This document shows, one piece after another, positions 29,255-39,162 of a stretch of DNA of 64,000 nt (position 1 is its first letter; every line of letters begins with the position of its first letter). A model generated the notes under the pieces. The model did no database searches and had not been told where the DNA came from. It saw only the letters and a list, made by a program, of their open reading frames with translations. The DNA comes from Planctomycetota bacterium. Its GTDB lineage: Bacteria > Planctomycetota > B15-G4. A program made the position numbers and the translations under genes. The stretch is from NCBI GenBank assembly GCA_965248575.1, contig CBDFJQ010000002.1:2368001-2432000 (forward strand). Reading direction: 5' to 3'.

Positions 29255-30694
29255 ATGAGAGGTCTGCGGCTCGCATGGACCGGGTATTTGACCCTGAGAC
29301 CCTGCATGCTGGTTGCCGCAGCTCTGGGCCTTGCGTCGTGCGGAAACGCTGACCTATCGATCCGTGACGACCTCCTGCTGGACGGCGGGGAGTCGCTGAG
29401 CCACGTCGTGATCGTGACCATCGACACACTGCGCAGCGATGCGCTGGGATGCTACGGCAACACGGAGGGCCACACTCCGAATCTCGACGCCCTGGCAGAC
29501 GCCGGGGTGGTGTTCGAGCGCAGTTATGCGCCCATGGCGACGACCTTCCCCTCTCACTCCACCCTGTTCACCGGCCTCTACCCGCGAACACATGGCGTGC
29601 GCTGGAACGCCCACACCCTGAAGGATCGCTGGACCACCCTCGCCGAACGTCTGCAGGCAGTTGGGTACAGCACCGGTGCGTTCGTGAGCTACCAATCGAT
29701 GGTCAACAGGGGCGGCCTTTCCCAGGGCTTCGAGACGGTCAGCGATCCCACGCCCCAGGAGTGGACGGGTCCTCGAGAGGGACAGCAAACACTGGCCATG
29801 GCAACTGAGTGGCTGGGGCAGCAAGCCGAAAGCCCCTTCTTGTTGTGGGTGCACCTCTTCGAACCTCACACGCCCTATCCACCACTCCCTGCTCTTCCAC
29901 GCAGCGACACCCCGTCACGCCTCGACCAGCTCATGGGCCCGCTTGCAGATGGCACCGACGCCGAGGAACTCATGGCGCTGCCCAAGGGCTTCTTCGACGA
30001 CCCCGTGCAGCGCGATGCGCTGCGTGCCCTCTACCACAGCCAGGTTCGCGTTGCGGACGACCTGGTGGGCCAGCTGATGTTGAAACTCGACACCCTGGGT
30101 CTGCGGAAGGACACCTTCGTTGTGGTCCTGGGTGACCACGGCCAGCTGCTCGGTGAGAAAGGGCGCGTCGGTCACGGGCCCCTGCTGGACGAGGGAGTCC
30201 TCCAGACCCCCCTGATCATGGACGAGCCCGGCCCGCGCCACGGCCCGAGCCGAGTGACGGAGTTGGCGGGGGTCATCGACGTGATGCCGACGATCCTCGA
30301 CGCACTCGGCGTACGTACCCCACCGGACGTGCAGGGTCGCTCCCTTCTGCCCGCCCTCCGAGGGCAAACGCATGAGGGCGAAACCTACTTCGCCGAGGTG
30401 CGCACCCTGGGACCCGACTCGGCGCACGCCGCCCATGGGGACTCCGTTGCAGTCTTGAGTGATGAGTTCAAGCTGACCCTGACTCCCAAGGGCATTGCGC
30501 TCTACAAGCTGGATGAGGATCCCCAGGAGCTGTCCCCGCTCTCGCCGGATGCACTCCCCGAGATCTATGAGACGCTTCTGGTCCTTGCGCGCCAGCACCA
30601 GCGACGAAAAGCCGGCGAGCCGGTTGCCCACGCAAGCGAGGCTCTCGACGAGGAGGTCATGGAAGAGCTACGAGCGCTCGGATACCTGAAGTAG
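29255..30694 (+). CDS. Sulfatase-like hydrolase/transferase (Thr at nucleophile position), probable lipoprotein
   Basis: VTIDTLRSD, TTFPSHSTLFTGLYP, WVHLFEPHTPY, GDHG, C-terminal LRALGYL; LASC lipobox; GGAGG RBS. Confidence 0.85.
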   Translation: MRGLRLAWTGYLTLRPCMLVAAALGLASCGNADLSIRDDLLLDGGESLSHVVIVTIDTLRSDALGCYGNTEGHTPNLDALADAGVVFERSYAPMATTFPSHSTLFTGLYPRTHGVRWNAHTLKDRWTTLAERLQAVGYSTGAFVSYQSMVNRGGLSQGFETVSDPTPQEWTGPREGQQTLAMATEWLGQQAESPFLLWVHLFEPHTPYPPLPALPRSDTPSRLDQLMGPLADGTDAEELMALPKGFFDDPVQRDALRALYHSQVRVADDLVGQLMLKLDTLGLRKDTFVVVLGDHGQLLGEKGRVGHGPLLDEGVLQTPLIMDEPGPRHGPSRVTELAGVIDVMPTILDALGVRTPPDVQGRSLLPALRGQTHEGETYFAEVRTLGPDSAHAAHGDSVAVLSDEFKLTLTPKGIALYKLDEDPQELSPLSPDALPEIYETLLVLARQHQRRKAGEPVAHASEALDEEVMEELRALGYLK

Positions 30695-30698
30695 CACG

Positions 30699-31766
30699 AT
30701 GGAGACCGAACGGGAACCTACGGAAGACTCCAGCAAGCCCTCGACCCAGGGAACAGCCGGATCTTCCGCCGCGCCCTCCAGCCGGTCGGCCTCCCGTCGC
30801 CTGCGAGGGTCCGCCAAGCGCGCCCTCGACGGCGCGTTGCATACCGTGGACGCCGGCCTGAGCAAGGCAGTCATCGCGCTCATCAAAGCCGTCAGCTTTC
30901 GCACTCATGAGCGGCAACTGCAGTTCTTCGACATGGCCCAAAAACGGGGCCTGCATGTCCAGAAGGCCCACTTCTACAGCCCCATCCCAGACACGACGCA
31001 GCTCAAGCCGCTCACCTGGAAGAGGCGGGCGGATGAGGACGGCGGCTTCGACCTCGCTGAGAACGCGCAGCTGGCGCTGCTCAAGAAGCTCTCAGCCTTC
31101 TCGCACGAGCTCGAGGACATCCAAGAGGCGGACACCGACCCGACGCACTACGCCTGGAAGAACCCCGCGTTCTGGCCGGGGGACGGGGCTGCCTACTACA
31201 GCATGATCCGCAAGCTGGGCGCCCAGCGCATCGTGGAAGTGGGCGGCGGCTTCTCCACGCGCCTCGCGGCCCGTGCAGCCCTCAAGAACGGGGCAGAGCT
31301 CACCTGCATCGAGCCCTTCCCCATGGCGTCGCTCCAGGGCGAGCTGCCAGGCCTGACACGACTGATCAAACGTCCGGTGCAGGATGTCCCGCTCGAGGAG
31401 TTCGACAAACTCCGCGCGAACGACATCTTGTTCATCGACAGCACCCATGTGTCGAAGATCGGCTCGGACGTCAACCATCTCTACCTGCGAGTCATTCCCC
31501 GCCTCGCTCCCGGCGTGGTGATCCACGTGCACGACATCTTCCTTCCGTGGGACATGCCGCGTGCCTGGGTCATGGAGAAGAAGATCTTCTGGAATGAGCA
31601 GTACCTGCTGCAGGCCTTGCTCACCTGCAACCCGTCCTTCGAAGTGCTGCTCGGGAACCAGTTCCTTTCGCGGCTGCACCCGGAAGCGTTTCGCACGGCC
31701 TTCCCCTGCATTCCTGCACACTATGCGCCAGGCGGGGTGAGCTTCTGGTTCCGGCGCGTGGGCTGA
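30699..31766 (+). CDS. Class I SAM-dependent methyltransferase (Methyltransf_24-like, glycan-associated)
   Basis: HFYSPIPD, IVEVGGGFST, ILFIDSTHVSKIGSDV, HVHDIFLP, WNEQYLL. Confidence 0.85.
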   Translation: METEREPTEDSSKPSTQGTAGSSAAPSSRSASRRLRGSAKRALDGALHTVDAGLSKAVIALIKAVSFRTHERQLQFFDMAQKRGLHVQKAHFYSPIPDTTQLKPLTWKRRADEDGGFDLAENAQLALLKKLSAFSHELEDIQEADTDPTHYAWKNPAFWPGDGAAYYSMIRKLGAQRIVEVGGGFSTRLAARAALKNGAELTCIEPFPMASLQGELPGLTRLIKRPVQDVPLEEFDKLRANDILFIDSTHVSKIGSDVNHLYLRVIPRLAPGVVIHVHDIFLPWDMPRAWVMEKKIFWNEQYLLQALLTCNPSFEVLLGNQFLSRLHPEAFRTAFPCIPAHYAPGGVSFWFRRVG

Positions 31767-31887
31767 ACAAGGTGCTCGTCCTCACCCCCATCCAAGCCAT
31801 GACAGGGCATTGACGGCGTGAGCGGACGACACCAGCTCTTGGGAAGCTTGTTGCTGCTGGCGATCGGAATCGGGTTCGGGTTCCCCC

Positions 31888-33450
31888 ATGAACAGTGACC
31901 GTGCGCGCAGCAAACCATGGCTCTGTGTGTTCGCCGCCCTGCTCTTCACTGCCGTGGGCATGGCCTCCGGGCTCAAGGGCATCGACTTTGGCAAGCACTG
32001 GGACCAATGGCAACACACGGACTCCGCCTACAAGGCCTTGGAGACCGGCGTGCTCCTTCCCGCCGGATACAATTACCCCTCCCTCTGCTTCGACCTGACC
32101 CTCACGGCCCTTGCCAGCCACGTGGGTTGGACCACCCTGCGCTCTGATGAGGACCCGAGCGGAGAGGCATTCCATGCGCGTGCCCTGCGCTACGCACATG
32201 CCCACCGCGAGCGCCTCGAACTCAAGATCCGCCGCTGGTTCCTCACCCTCTCCCTGTTGACGCCGCTGCTGCTGTTGTTGGGGCTCGGGTGCGCCTGGGG
32301 CTGGCGCGCCGGGCTCCTGGCCGCTGCATGCCTGGCGAGCTGCCATGAGTTCCTCTACCACGCGCGTTTCATTGCACCCGACACGCTGATGGCGCTTTGC
32401 GCTGCAGGCACCTTTGCCTGTCTGCTGCTCGGCTACGCCCGGCGCAGCACGACTTTCCTCTACGTCGCCGCCGTCGGCGCGGGCCTCACGACCTCTGCCA
32501 AGTACACCGGTGTGTTCATGGTCCTGCCGGTCCTACTCGCCGAACCGCTGCTCTTGCGTGGGGCCTGGCCTGGCTCAACACGACGCCGCGCGGTCTTGCT
32601 CGCTGGCTTGGCCTTCGCCACCTTCCTGGCGACGACACCTGGAATGCTCCTGGAACCCCAGCGAGTGCTGGAGGATGTCGCGGAGCAGGCCCGGGTGTAT
32701 GCCGCCGGCCACCGGGTCTACACCGTCGAGGCCGGCCTGCCCCACCTGGCGCATGCAGCGGAGTACCTCGGCACCCAGCTGTTCTCGACCCAGCTCGCCG
32801 GCAATCTGCTCGCTGCCGCCCTGGGGGTCTGGGGCCTTGGAGTGCTCGCTCGCACCCGGCCAAGGCTTCTGTGCTTGGGTCTCGCGTTCGCCCTGCCGTA
32901 TCTGGCGCTCTTGTGCACGAGTCGCACGTTCATCGTGCGCAACCTCATGGTGCTCGTCCCGCTCTGCGCGGTGAGCGTGGCCGTCGGTGCCGAGGACATC
33001 TTGCGGCGACTTCCGCGCGCCCTCACGTGGGCGGCCACCGCTTCGCTGCTGCTGCTCTTGGGCGCCAACGCGGGTTCCCGATGGCTCGATGCCCAGGACA
33101 TCGCCGCCCATGCGCGTGACCCGGCCTACCCGTTCCAGCTAGCTGTCGCCGACCTCGCCGAGCAATCCAATCAGGGGGAACGCCCCGTGTACCTGGCAGG
33201 CGACACCCGCATGTTCCTGAAGAAGTACGGGATCAACCTTGACGGTCTGGAGACATCCATCGCCTTGCGCCCAGAAGACGCCGACTACGCTCTCGTCGTG
33301 CCGCAGTTCTTTCCAGCCACGGGGCCGGGCCTGATCCATCGCTGGTACGGCACGAGGGAGGTCAACTACCCGTACTACCACTCGTGGCATCAGCGCAAGC
33401 CCGCGCTCGTCAGCATCGCCTTGGCGCAGCACTACAACGAACTCGAGTAG
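31888..33450 (+). CDS. GT-C fold membrane glycosyltransferase (PMT/ArnT-like)
   Basis: Multi-TM protein; first loop HWDQ, YNYPS, ARFIAPD, GLTTSAKY. Confidence 0.7.
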   Translation: MNSDRARSKPWLCVFAALLFTAVGMASGLKGIDFGKHWDQWQHTDSAYKALETGVLLPAGYNYPSLCFDLTLTALASHVGWTTLRSDEDPSGEAFHARALRYAHAHRERLELKIRRWFLTLSLLTPLLLLLGLGCAWGWRAGLLAAACLASCHEFLYHARFIAPDTLMALCAAGTFACLLLGYARRSTTFLYVAAVGAGLTTSAKYTGVFMVLPVLLAEPLLLRGAWPGSTRRRAVLLAGLAFATFLATTPGMLLEPQRVLEDVAEQARVYAAGHRVYTVEAGLPHLAHAAEYLGTQLFSTQLAGNLLAAALGVWGLGVLARTRPRLLCLGLAFALPYLALLCTSRTFIVRNLMVLVPLCAVSVAVGAEDILRRLPRALTWAATASLLLLLGANAGSRWLDAQDIAAHARDPAYPFQLAVADLAEQSNQGERPVYLAGDTRMFLKKYGINLDGLETSIALRPEDADYALVVPQFFPATGPGLIHRWYGTREVNYPYYHSWHQRKPALVSIALAQHYNELE

Positions 33451-33473
33451 CTGTGGCCCCAACTGCTGGGCTG

Positions 33474-34463
33474 CTACCAGCCTAGCGCCGTAACCCCCTC
33501 ATGAATCGTCTTTGCGATGAGGGCGTGCCCATCGACATTGGGGTGCACGACATCCAGGAAGAACGGGGCGGGGTCCAAGCCATCATGCTCCAGCGGCAGG
33601 TCAATGAGAGGAACGGCGTGATCCACCGCGAAGCTGCGCAACACGGCCTCGTGCCCGTGATGGTGCCGGTACCAGGGAACGGTCAACACCAACTGGAGCC
33701 CCTGCTCTTCGCAGAAGGAGCGCAGGCGTTCCAGCATCTCGAGCCGAGTGGACTCCGGGACACGTGGCCGGACATCGATGGTCTCGGCCAGGAGCTGCTC
33801 GTTCATCTCATGCCCGGCGCCGCGCCACGTCTGGATCCAACGCCAGGCATTGCTGTGCTCGGTCAACCAACCGATCAGTCGGGCCACGGGTTGGCGGCGC
33901 GCTTGCATCAGCGCCCAGTCGTCGAGACCCAAAGTGGTTTCCACGCCCGAGGTCGTGCGTCGGGTGAGATAGGTCACGGGCAGGGAATCGTTGAACCCGA
34001 AGGCCAGCAGGACGGCGTCCACACCCAGCCCCTTGGCTTCCCGCTCCAACAACATCACCCCCTGCACGAGGGTGTAGCCCGGCAAGGCAGCATTCACGAG
34101 CCGGGTCTGGCCCGGCGATTGATCGCGATCCAGGTGGGACTGCAGCAAGGACACATAGGTCTGTTCGTAAGGCAACTCCCAGCCGAAGGTCGACGACTCA
34201 CCCAGCACCAAGACCCGAAACTCCTCGGCCTCATCGTCCACCAGCTCAGGGCCCCGCCAGCCATGGCTGTTCGTCTGCACCTGGCCATTCTCGCTGCGAG
34301 CGCTGGGCTCCAGGCGCCAGAACAAGTCGTGGTCGTAGCGCCCCAAGCCCATGGCTGTGCGCGTTTCCAGCGGGAAGGCCGGGCCCTCCGCAACACCCAT
34401 CAGGTAGGAGCCCGCTTCGACGAGCAGCAAGACGAGCGCGGGGGACAGCACGGCCAGGGCCAT
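33474..34463 (-). CDS. SGNH/GDSL hydrolase-family protein with N-terminal membrane anchor
   Basis: TNSHGWRG, VLVLGESSTFG, VNAALPGY, FGFND, DVVHPN. Confidence 0.8.
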   Translation of the reverse strand: MALAVLSPALVLLLVEAGSYLMGVAEGPAFPLETRTAMGLGRYDHDLFWRLEPSARSENGQVQTNSHGWRGPELVDDEAEEFRVLVLGESSTFGWELPYEQTYVSLLQSHLDRDQSPGQTRLVNAALPGYTLVQGVMLLEREAKGLGVDAVLLAFGFNDSLPVTYLTRRTTSGVETTLGLDDWALMQARRQPVARLIGWLTEHSNAWRWIQTWRGAGHEMNEQLLAETIDVRPRVPESTRLEMLERLRSFCEEQGLQLVLTVPWYRHHHGHEAVLRSFAVDHAVPLIDLPLEHDGLDPAPFFLDVVHPNVDGHALIAKTIHEGVTALGW

Positions 34464-34861
34464 GCGCTTCCAGAGGCGCCCGGAGCGACGGGCGCCTCGC
34501 GCGCCGAGCCCCGTTGGACCCAGAGTTGTCGTGTCTTCGCTGACGGATCGTCTCCCTGAAACGACCTCAGTCTATCGCGCGGATTCCCCCGTCGGGTCGT
34601 CCGACTCACTGCCAAGAAAACGGAGGACAACCCCAGTCCGGGGCTGCCCTCCGCTCGTTCCACATCCACACCAGCACGTGGCTGGTTTGGGCATTCCGGA
34701 CACCACATGTCGGGAGGAGGTGCCCTTGTTCCATCCGGGAAGGTGGCCGAGCAGGAGACCGCGGGCAGGGTGCTGCCCCCCGTGACCACCTGGACGCTGG
34801 ATGTCACCGACCTCTCGGGGCCATCGCGGAAAACTTTCAGGTCCCGAATCGGGGCTTTCAG

Positions 34862-34907
34862 GAAAAGATCGAGCCGCCCCTCGCACGTGGGCGAGGGGCG
34901 GCTCGAT
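34862..34907 (-). terminator. Rho-independent terminator oriented for a minus-strand transcript
   Basis: Perfect 17-bp stem ATCGAGCCGCCCCTCGC / GCGAGGGGCGGCTCGAT with 6-nt loop, followed by CTTTTC on the minus strand. Confidence 0.65.
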
Positions 34908-35517
34908 GGACAACAGCAGGGGGCGGGAGACGACGAACGTCGCCCGCGCTGCTCACTCTCTCGTTCCCCTCGCTACGAGAGCTCGGAAGGCCAACCTGGC
35001 GAAACCGGTGAGGGCCCCGCCCTCATCGCTGACATCGACCTGCGGGTCTCGAACATCCAAAAGACCCTGGTTGGCCCCCGCACTCGGACCACGCCGCGAA
35101 CACTTCACGTCCCCCCTGCTGCGTCGGGTGCTCAGCGCGTGGCCCATGTGTTCCACATCTTTCCCAGCTGAATTCGGCTCGAGGCGGCGCTCAACAGCGC
35201 ACGCCGGAACCCTGCGCACCGGCTGCCCCGTCGTGCGCCCGCAAGGGTCCGTGGACCTATGCGGTGTCTGGCGCCAAGGCGAAGCCAAAAAATTCGAAGT
35301 TCCCAGAAAACAGGAGAGCATTTTCAGATAGCTAGCCCCCCTTTCGGACCGGCCATTCCCGAAGCTCCCAAGAGTTCACTTCGATTGCCTGCCCCAATCC
35401 CATCAAAGGGACGGCGGCTGGCCACACGCCCCGCCATTCCTCAAGCCACCTCCGCCATCCAGGTGCCTTACGATGAACCGCTCACCCAGAGCCACGCCGC
35501 TCCCCGCAGGTCTGACG

Positions 35518-37485
35518 ATGTCTGACTCCCAACCCAACCCCCGCAGCCATCCATTGGACGGCACAGACGACCCGCAAGAAGCCGCCGCGCTGTATGTGCA
35601 GGAGACGGCTGAGGGCCACGACCCCCAGCTGGATGACTGGGCCAGCCGGCTGAGCGATGACGAAAACCGAGCCAGCTTCCGCCGCATGGTCGGCGATGCC
35701 CAGGCGGTCACCAGCCTGCTTCCCCGCCAGGTGGGCCCGGGTGTGGTGCTGGGAGGTCGCTACCGCATCGAGCACGAGATCGGCGTGGGCGGCATGGGCA
35801 AGGTCTTCCACGCCACCGACCTGCACCTCGGCAGGGCCGTGGCCGTGAAGGTCTTGGCGGCCATGGGGCGCAGCGACTTCGATCCGCTCGAGTTGTTCCG
35901 CAAGGAATCCCGCCTGCTCGCGTCGCTCCGGCACCCGAACATCGTCGCCATCCATGAGGCGGCGACCGACGGCGACATCTCGTACCTGGTCATGGATCTC
36001 ATCCGGGGTGAGACCATCGCGGACGTGCTCGAATCGGTGCGGGAGGGCGTCGAACCTGACAAGCGCGGACGCCGCCCGGCGCCCCATGACGGCCTGGCCC
36101 TGGCCAAAGCCCTGGGCGCCTCCGCCACCGACAGCCGCACCAATCTGGTGGACGAGCGTTCCTGGTGGAGGACCGTGGCCAGGATCATGGTCGATGTGGC
36201 GGACACCCTGGACTCCACGCACGGCAAAGGCGTCATCCATCGCGACCTCAAGCCCAGCAATATCCTGCTGCGCCAGGACGGCACCCCGGTGGTGCTCGAC
36301 TTTGGTTTGGCGGGCTTCCTGGACGGCGGCGATGGTGCCGTCACCCAGGGCTTCGTCGGCAGCGCTGCCTACCTCGCGCCGGAGCAAGTGCAGCGCCGGG
36401 CCGTGGGCTCCGACCCGCGCTCGGACATCTACCAGCTCGGCCTGTTGCTGTACGAGCTGTTGACCCTGGTCCGGGCCTTCCCGGGGGAGAGCATCGGCGA
36501 ACTGCTACCGCTGATCTCCAGCGGAAAGTTCCTGCGCCCGCGTGAGCTGGACAGCTCCATCCCCTCCGAGTTGGAAGCCATCTGCCTCAAGGCGATGGAG
36601 CTCGAACCCGGACGGCGCTACGCCAGCGCCAGGCATCTGCTGGAGGATCTCGAGCGCTATCTCGGTGGCCAAGAACTACCCCTGGCAGCCCGGGGCGGCA
36701 ACGCAGCCGACATGGCTCGCCGGGCACGGTACTTCGCACGTCGCCATCGTGGACGCCTGCTCGCCGCCGTGGCCGGTCTCCTGATCATCGCAACGGCCGT
36801 CATTGCCGCCGAACTGGGCGACGATGCGGGAGGAATGCAGATCTTCGAGCCCTATCGCTACGACGCCGAGACCTGGAAACCCATCGCCGTCGGACACGGT
36901 GACAGCGCTTCCCTCAACGAAGTGATTGGGGTGCTCGTGAAGAACGAACGCCCCCTCTACCTGTACGTGCTCTCAGTCTTCGGCCAGGCGAACCCGCCCG
37001 ACTGGATCGTGCCCATGGAACCCCAGGCCGTCATCCAGGACATCGAAGGAACGGAGTGGACGCCCACGCCTGATGCCTTGGAGGATCAGTGGGCCCTGCG
37101 CATCGACCCGCGTGAGGGCGGCACCCACGTGGCCTGCGCCCGCATCGAAGAGCTCAGCGCCGACATCCCCTACGAAGGTTTGTGGGTGATCGCCAGCCCT
37201 GAGCCCCAGCCACACCTCGCAAGCTGGATGAGCGCCCTGCGCCGCGACTCCCTGTTCTCGGACGACGGCTCCGAAGCCATCACCTACACCAGGGCCCATG
37301 AGCTCTTCGCCGCGGTGGAACGCGGGTCTTCGCCCAACCTCTCGGCCACCGAACGGGCCAAGCTGCTCAGCCATCTGGATGCCGACGGTGTCTTCAGTGA
37401 AGAGTGGCCTTTCAACCACAGCCAACGCTTCACGTTCTTCTTCAAGATGGACCAGGCTCTCGCGGGAACAGCGTCCGACGGGTAG
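35518..37485 (+). CDS. Hanks-type Ser/Thr protein kinase with TM helix and DUF4384-like extracytoplasmic domain
   Basis: IGVGGMGKV, VAVK, HRDLKPSN, DFG, YLAPE, SDIYQLG; TM LLAAVAGLLIIATAVIAA; C-terminal VKNERPLYLYVLSV...EGLWVIASPEP. Alternative start 35473. Confidence 0.92.
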   Translation: MSDSQPNPRSHPLDGTDDPQEAAALYVQETAEGHDPQLDDWASRLSDDENRASFRRMVGDAQAVTSLLPRQVGPGVVLGGRYRIEHEIGVGGMGKVFHATDLHLGRAVAVKVLAAMGRSDFDPLELFRKESRLLASLRHPNIVAIHEAATDGDISYLVMDLIRGETIADVLESVREGVEPDKRGRRPAPHDGLALAKALGASATDSRTNLVDERSWWRTVARIMVDVADTLDSTHGKGVIHRDLKPSNILLRQDGTPVVLDFGLAGFLDGGDGAVTQGFVGSAAYLAPEQVQRRAVGSDPRSDIYQLGLLLYELLTLVRAFPGESIGELLPLISSGKFLRPRELDSSIPSELEAICLKAMELEPGRRYASARHLLEDLERYLGGQELPLAARGGNAADMARRARYFARRHRGRLLAAVAGLLIIATAVIAAELGDDAGGMQIFEPYRYDAETWKPIAVGHGDSASLNEVIGVLVKNERPLYLYVLSVFGQANPPDWIVPMEPQAVIQDIEGTEWTPTPDALEDQWALRIDPREGGTHVACARIEELSADIPYEGLWVIASPEPQPHLASWMSALRRDSLFSDDGSEAITYTRAHELFAAVERGSSPNLSATERAKLLSHLDADGVFSEEWPFNHSQRFTFFFKMDQALAGTASDG

Positions 37486-37536
37486 GTTGTGCGGCTAGGC
37501 CAATAGCTGGCCAGCTCGCCCTCCCGCTGGACGCAA

Positions 37537-38157
37537 ATGGATAGCGAAGTCACGCAATCCCTGGATCTCCTGCGCCGTGCCCAAGATGGGGACGACGGCG
37601 CAGTGAACCTCTTGTTCACCCGCTACTACGAGCGCGTGCGGCGCATCGTGCGCATGAGGTTGGGGCCAGTCCTGAGACGGCGCGTTGACAGCGGCGACAT
37701 CCTGCAGGAGACCTTCGTGGCAGCCGTCGGTTGCTTCGATCGCTTTGAAGTGCGGGACGAAGCCAGCTTCATCAGTTGGCTGGCGCGCATCGCGCAACGT
37801 CAGGTGTTTGCCGCAGCCGATCACCACACGGCACAGAAGCGCGACACCGGTCGAGAGGTGCCGCTCTTGCACAGCAGCGAGTCGGGCAAGATCGGCATCG
37901 ACCCCGCCGCGACGGGCCTGTCACCCCTCGAATCGCTCACCCACGACGAGCAGACCCAGCGCGTCGAAGACTGCATCTCCGAACTCGCGGAACCCTACCG
38001 TGAGCTGATCATCCTGCGTGACTACGCCGGGGCTTCCTGGGAGACCATCGCAGAGGAGACAGACCGCCCGAGCGCCGCTGCTGCCCGCATGATGCACGCC
38101 ACCGCGCTCATCGAGCTGGGCAAGAAGGTGCGCGAACGGGGAGGCGAAGGAACATAG
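37537..38157 (+). CDS. ECF RNA polymerase sigma factor (kinase-associated type)
   Basis: Region 2 LLRRAQDGD...DSGDILQETF...FISWLARIA; region 4 LAEPYRELIILRDYAGASWETIAE. Confidence 0.9.
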   Translation: MDSEVTQSLDLLRRAQDGDDGAVNLLFTRYYERVRRIVRMRLGPVLRRRVDSGDILQETFVAAVGCFDRFEVRDEASFISWLARIAQRQVFAAADHHTAQKRDTGREVPLLHSSESGKIGIDPAATGLSPLESLTHDEQTQRVEDCISELAEPYRELIILRDYAGASWETIAEETDRPSAAAARMMHATALIELGKKVRERGGEGT

Positions 38158-38252
38158 GCACGGCTTTTGTGCAGGCTGCGTGCGAGCGGCCTTCCCCATG
38201 GGACTTAAATTCCCATGTAGGGTGAGCCACCCCCTACTCGGAGAGCAGAGCC

Positions 38253-39134
38253 ATGTCAGGACAGGCATACGAACGCGAAAAAGAACCGACGCCCCAGCGG
38301 ACGCGAACCCCACAGCTGCGCGACGACGACGTCCTGGTCGATCCTTTCCGGGCCTCCGTCACACCCCACTTCCCCACCGAAGGATCCAATGGCGCCCTGA
38401 CGCTGACCATCGCGATCCCACCGACGGTAGGAGTAGAGGAGCACGTCGACAGCGGGCGGGCCATCCCCCAGGGCACCGAGGTCACCGTGCGCATCTGGAT
38501 GAAATCCCTCGAAGATCGCAGCGACGACATGTCGTACGAAGACTGCACGCTGGTCGCGGGCCCCTTCGTCGTTGGCAACGGGCCTTGGGAAGTTCAGTGC
38601 GAGTCCTCGGCGGCAAACTACAACGAGAACGCCCCCTTCTATGGCATCGCCTCACAGTTCTTCAACACGACGGCCCATCTGCTTGAAGACTTCAACTCCG
38701 AGGCGTTCAACAACAACCCCGGCGGCGTCGGCACGTCCCAGGGCGGCCCGTTGTCGGTCAACATATCCGGCGGATACTCACCCGCAGGGCCCGCAGTGCT
38801 GGACGTCACCTTCGCCACGGACACGACGGCAGCGCCTGACGGCGTCACCTACTACGCCAAGCTCTGGGCCGTGCACTTGGTTGCCGGCATGACCACGGTG
38901 ACGTACGACCCCCAGATCACCACAGCCGTCAGTGAACAGGGCGACCTGCCTGGCAGCATCGCGAACGCCGGGGCGGACATGGACCCGAGCTTCCCCAATG
39001 TGGGCTTTGTCGCGGAGATCCATCAAGTGCTCGGCCGCGCCGACACGGTGATCTACACCTCTTGCCAGATCTTCAACGCTCCTGCCACTGAGGCTTGGAC
39101 GTTCATCGCAGAAGGAACGCCCAACCCCCAGTAG
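38253..39134 (+). CDS. Hypothetical protein (acidic, beta-rich)
   Basis: 293-aa ORF with GGAG upstream and coding-like codon usage; no recognisable motif. Confidence 0.6.
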   Translation: MSGQAYEREKEPTPQRTRTPQLRDDDVLVDPFRASVTPHFPTEGSNGALTLTIAIPPTVGVEEHVDSGRAIPQGTEVTVRIWMKSLEDRSDDMSYEDCTLVAGPFVVGNGPWEVQCESSAANYNENAPFYGIASQFFNTTAHLLEDFNSEAFNNNPGGVGTSQGGPLSVNISGGYSPAGPAVLDVTFATDTTAAPDGVTYYAKLWAVHLVAGMTTVTYDPQITTAVSEQGDLPGSIANAGADMDPSFPNVGFVAEIHQVLGRADTVIYTSCQIFNAPATEAWTFIAEGTPNPQ

Positions 39135-39162
39135 GGGCACACGACTTGTAGGCGGCCTGTCG

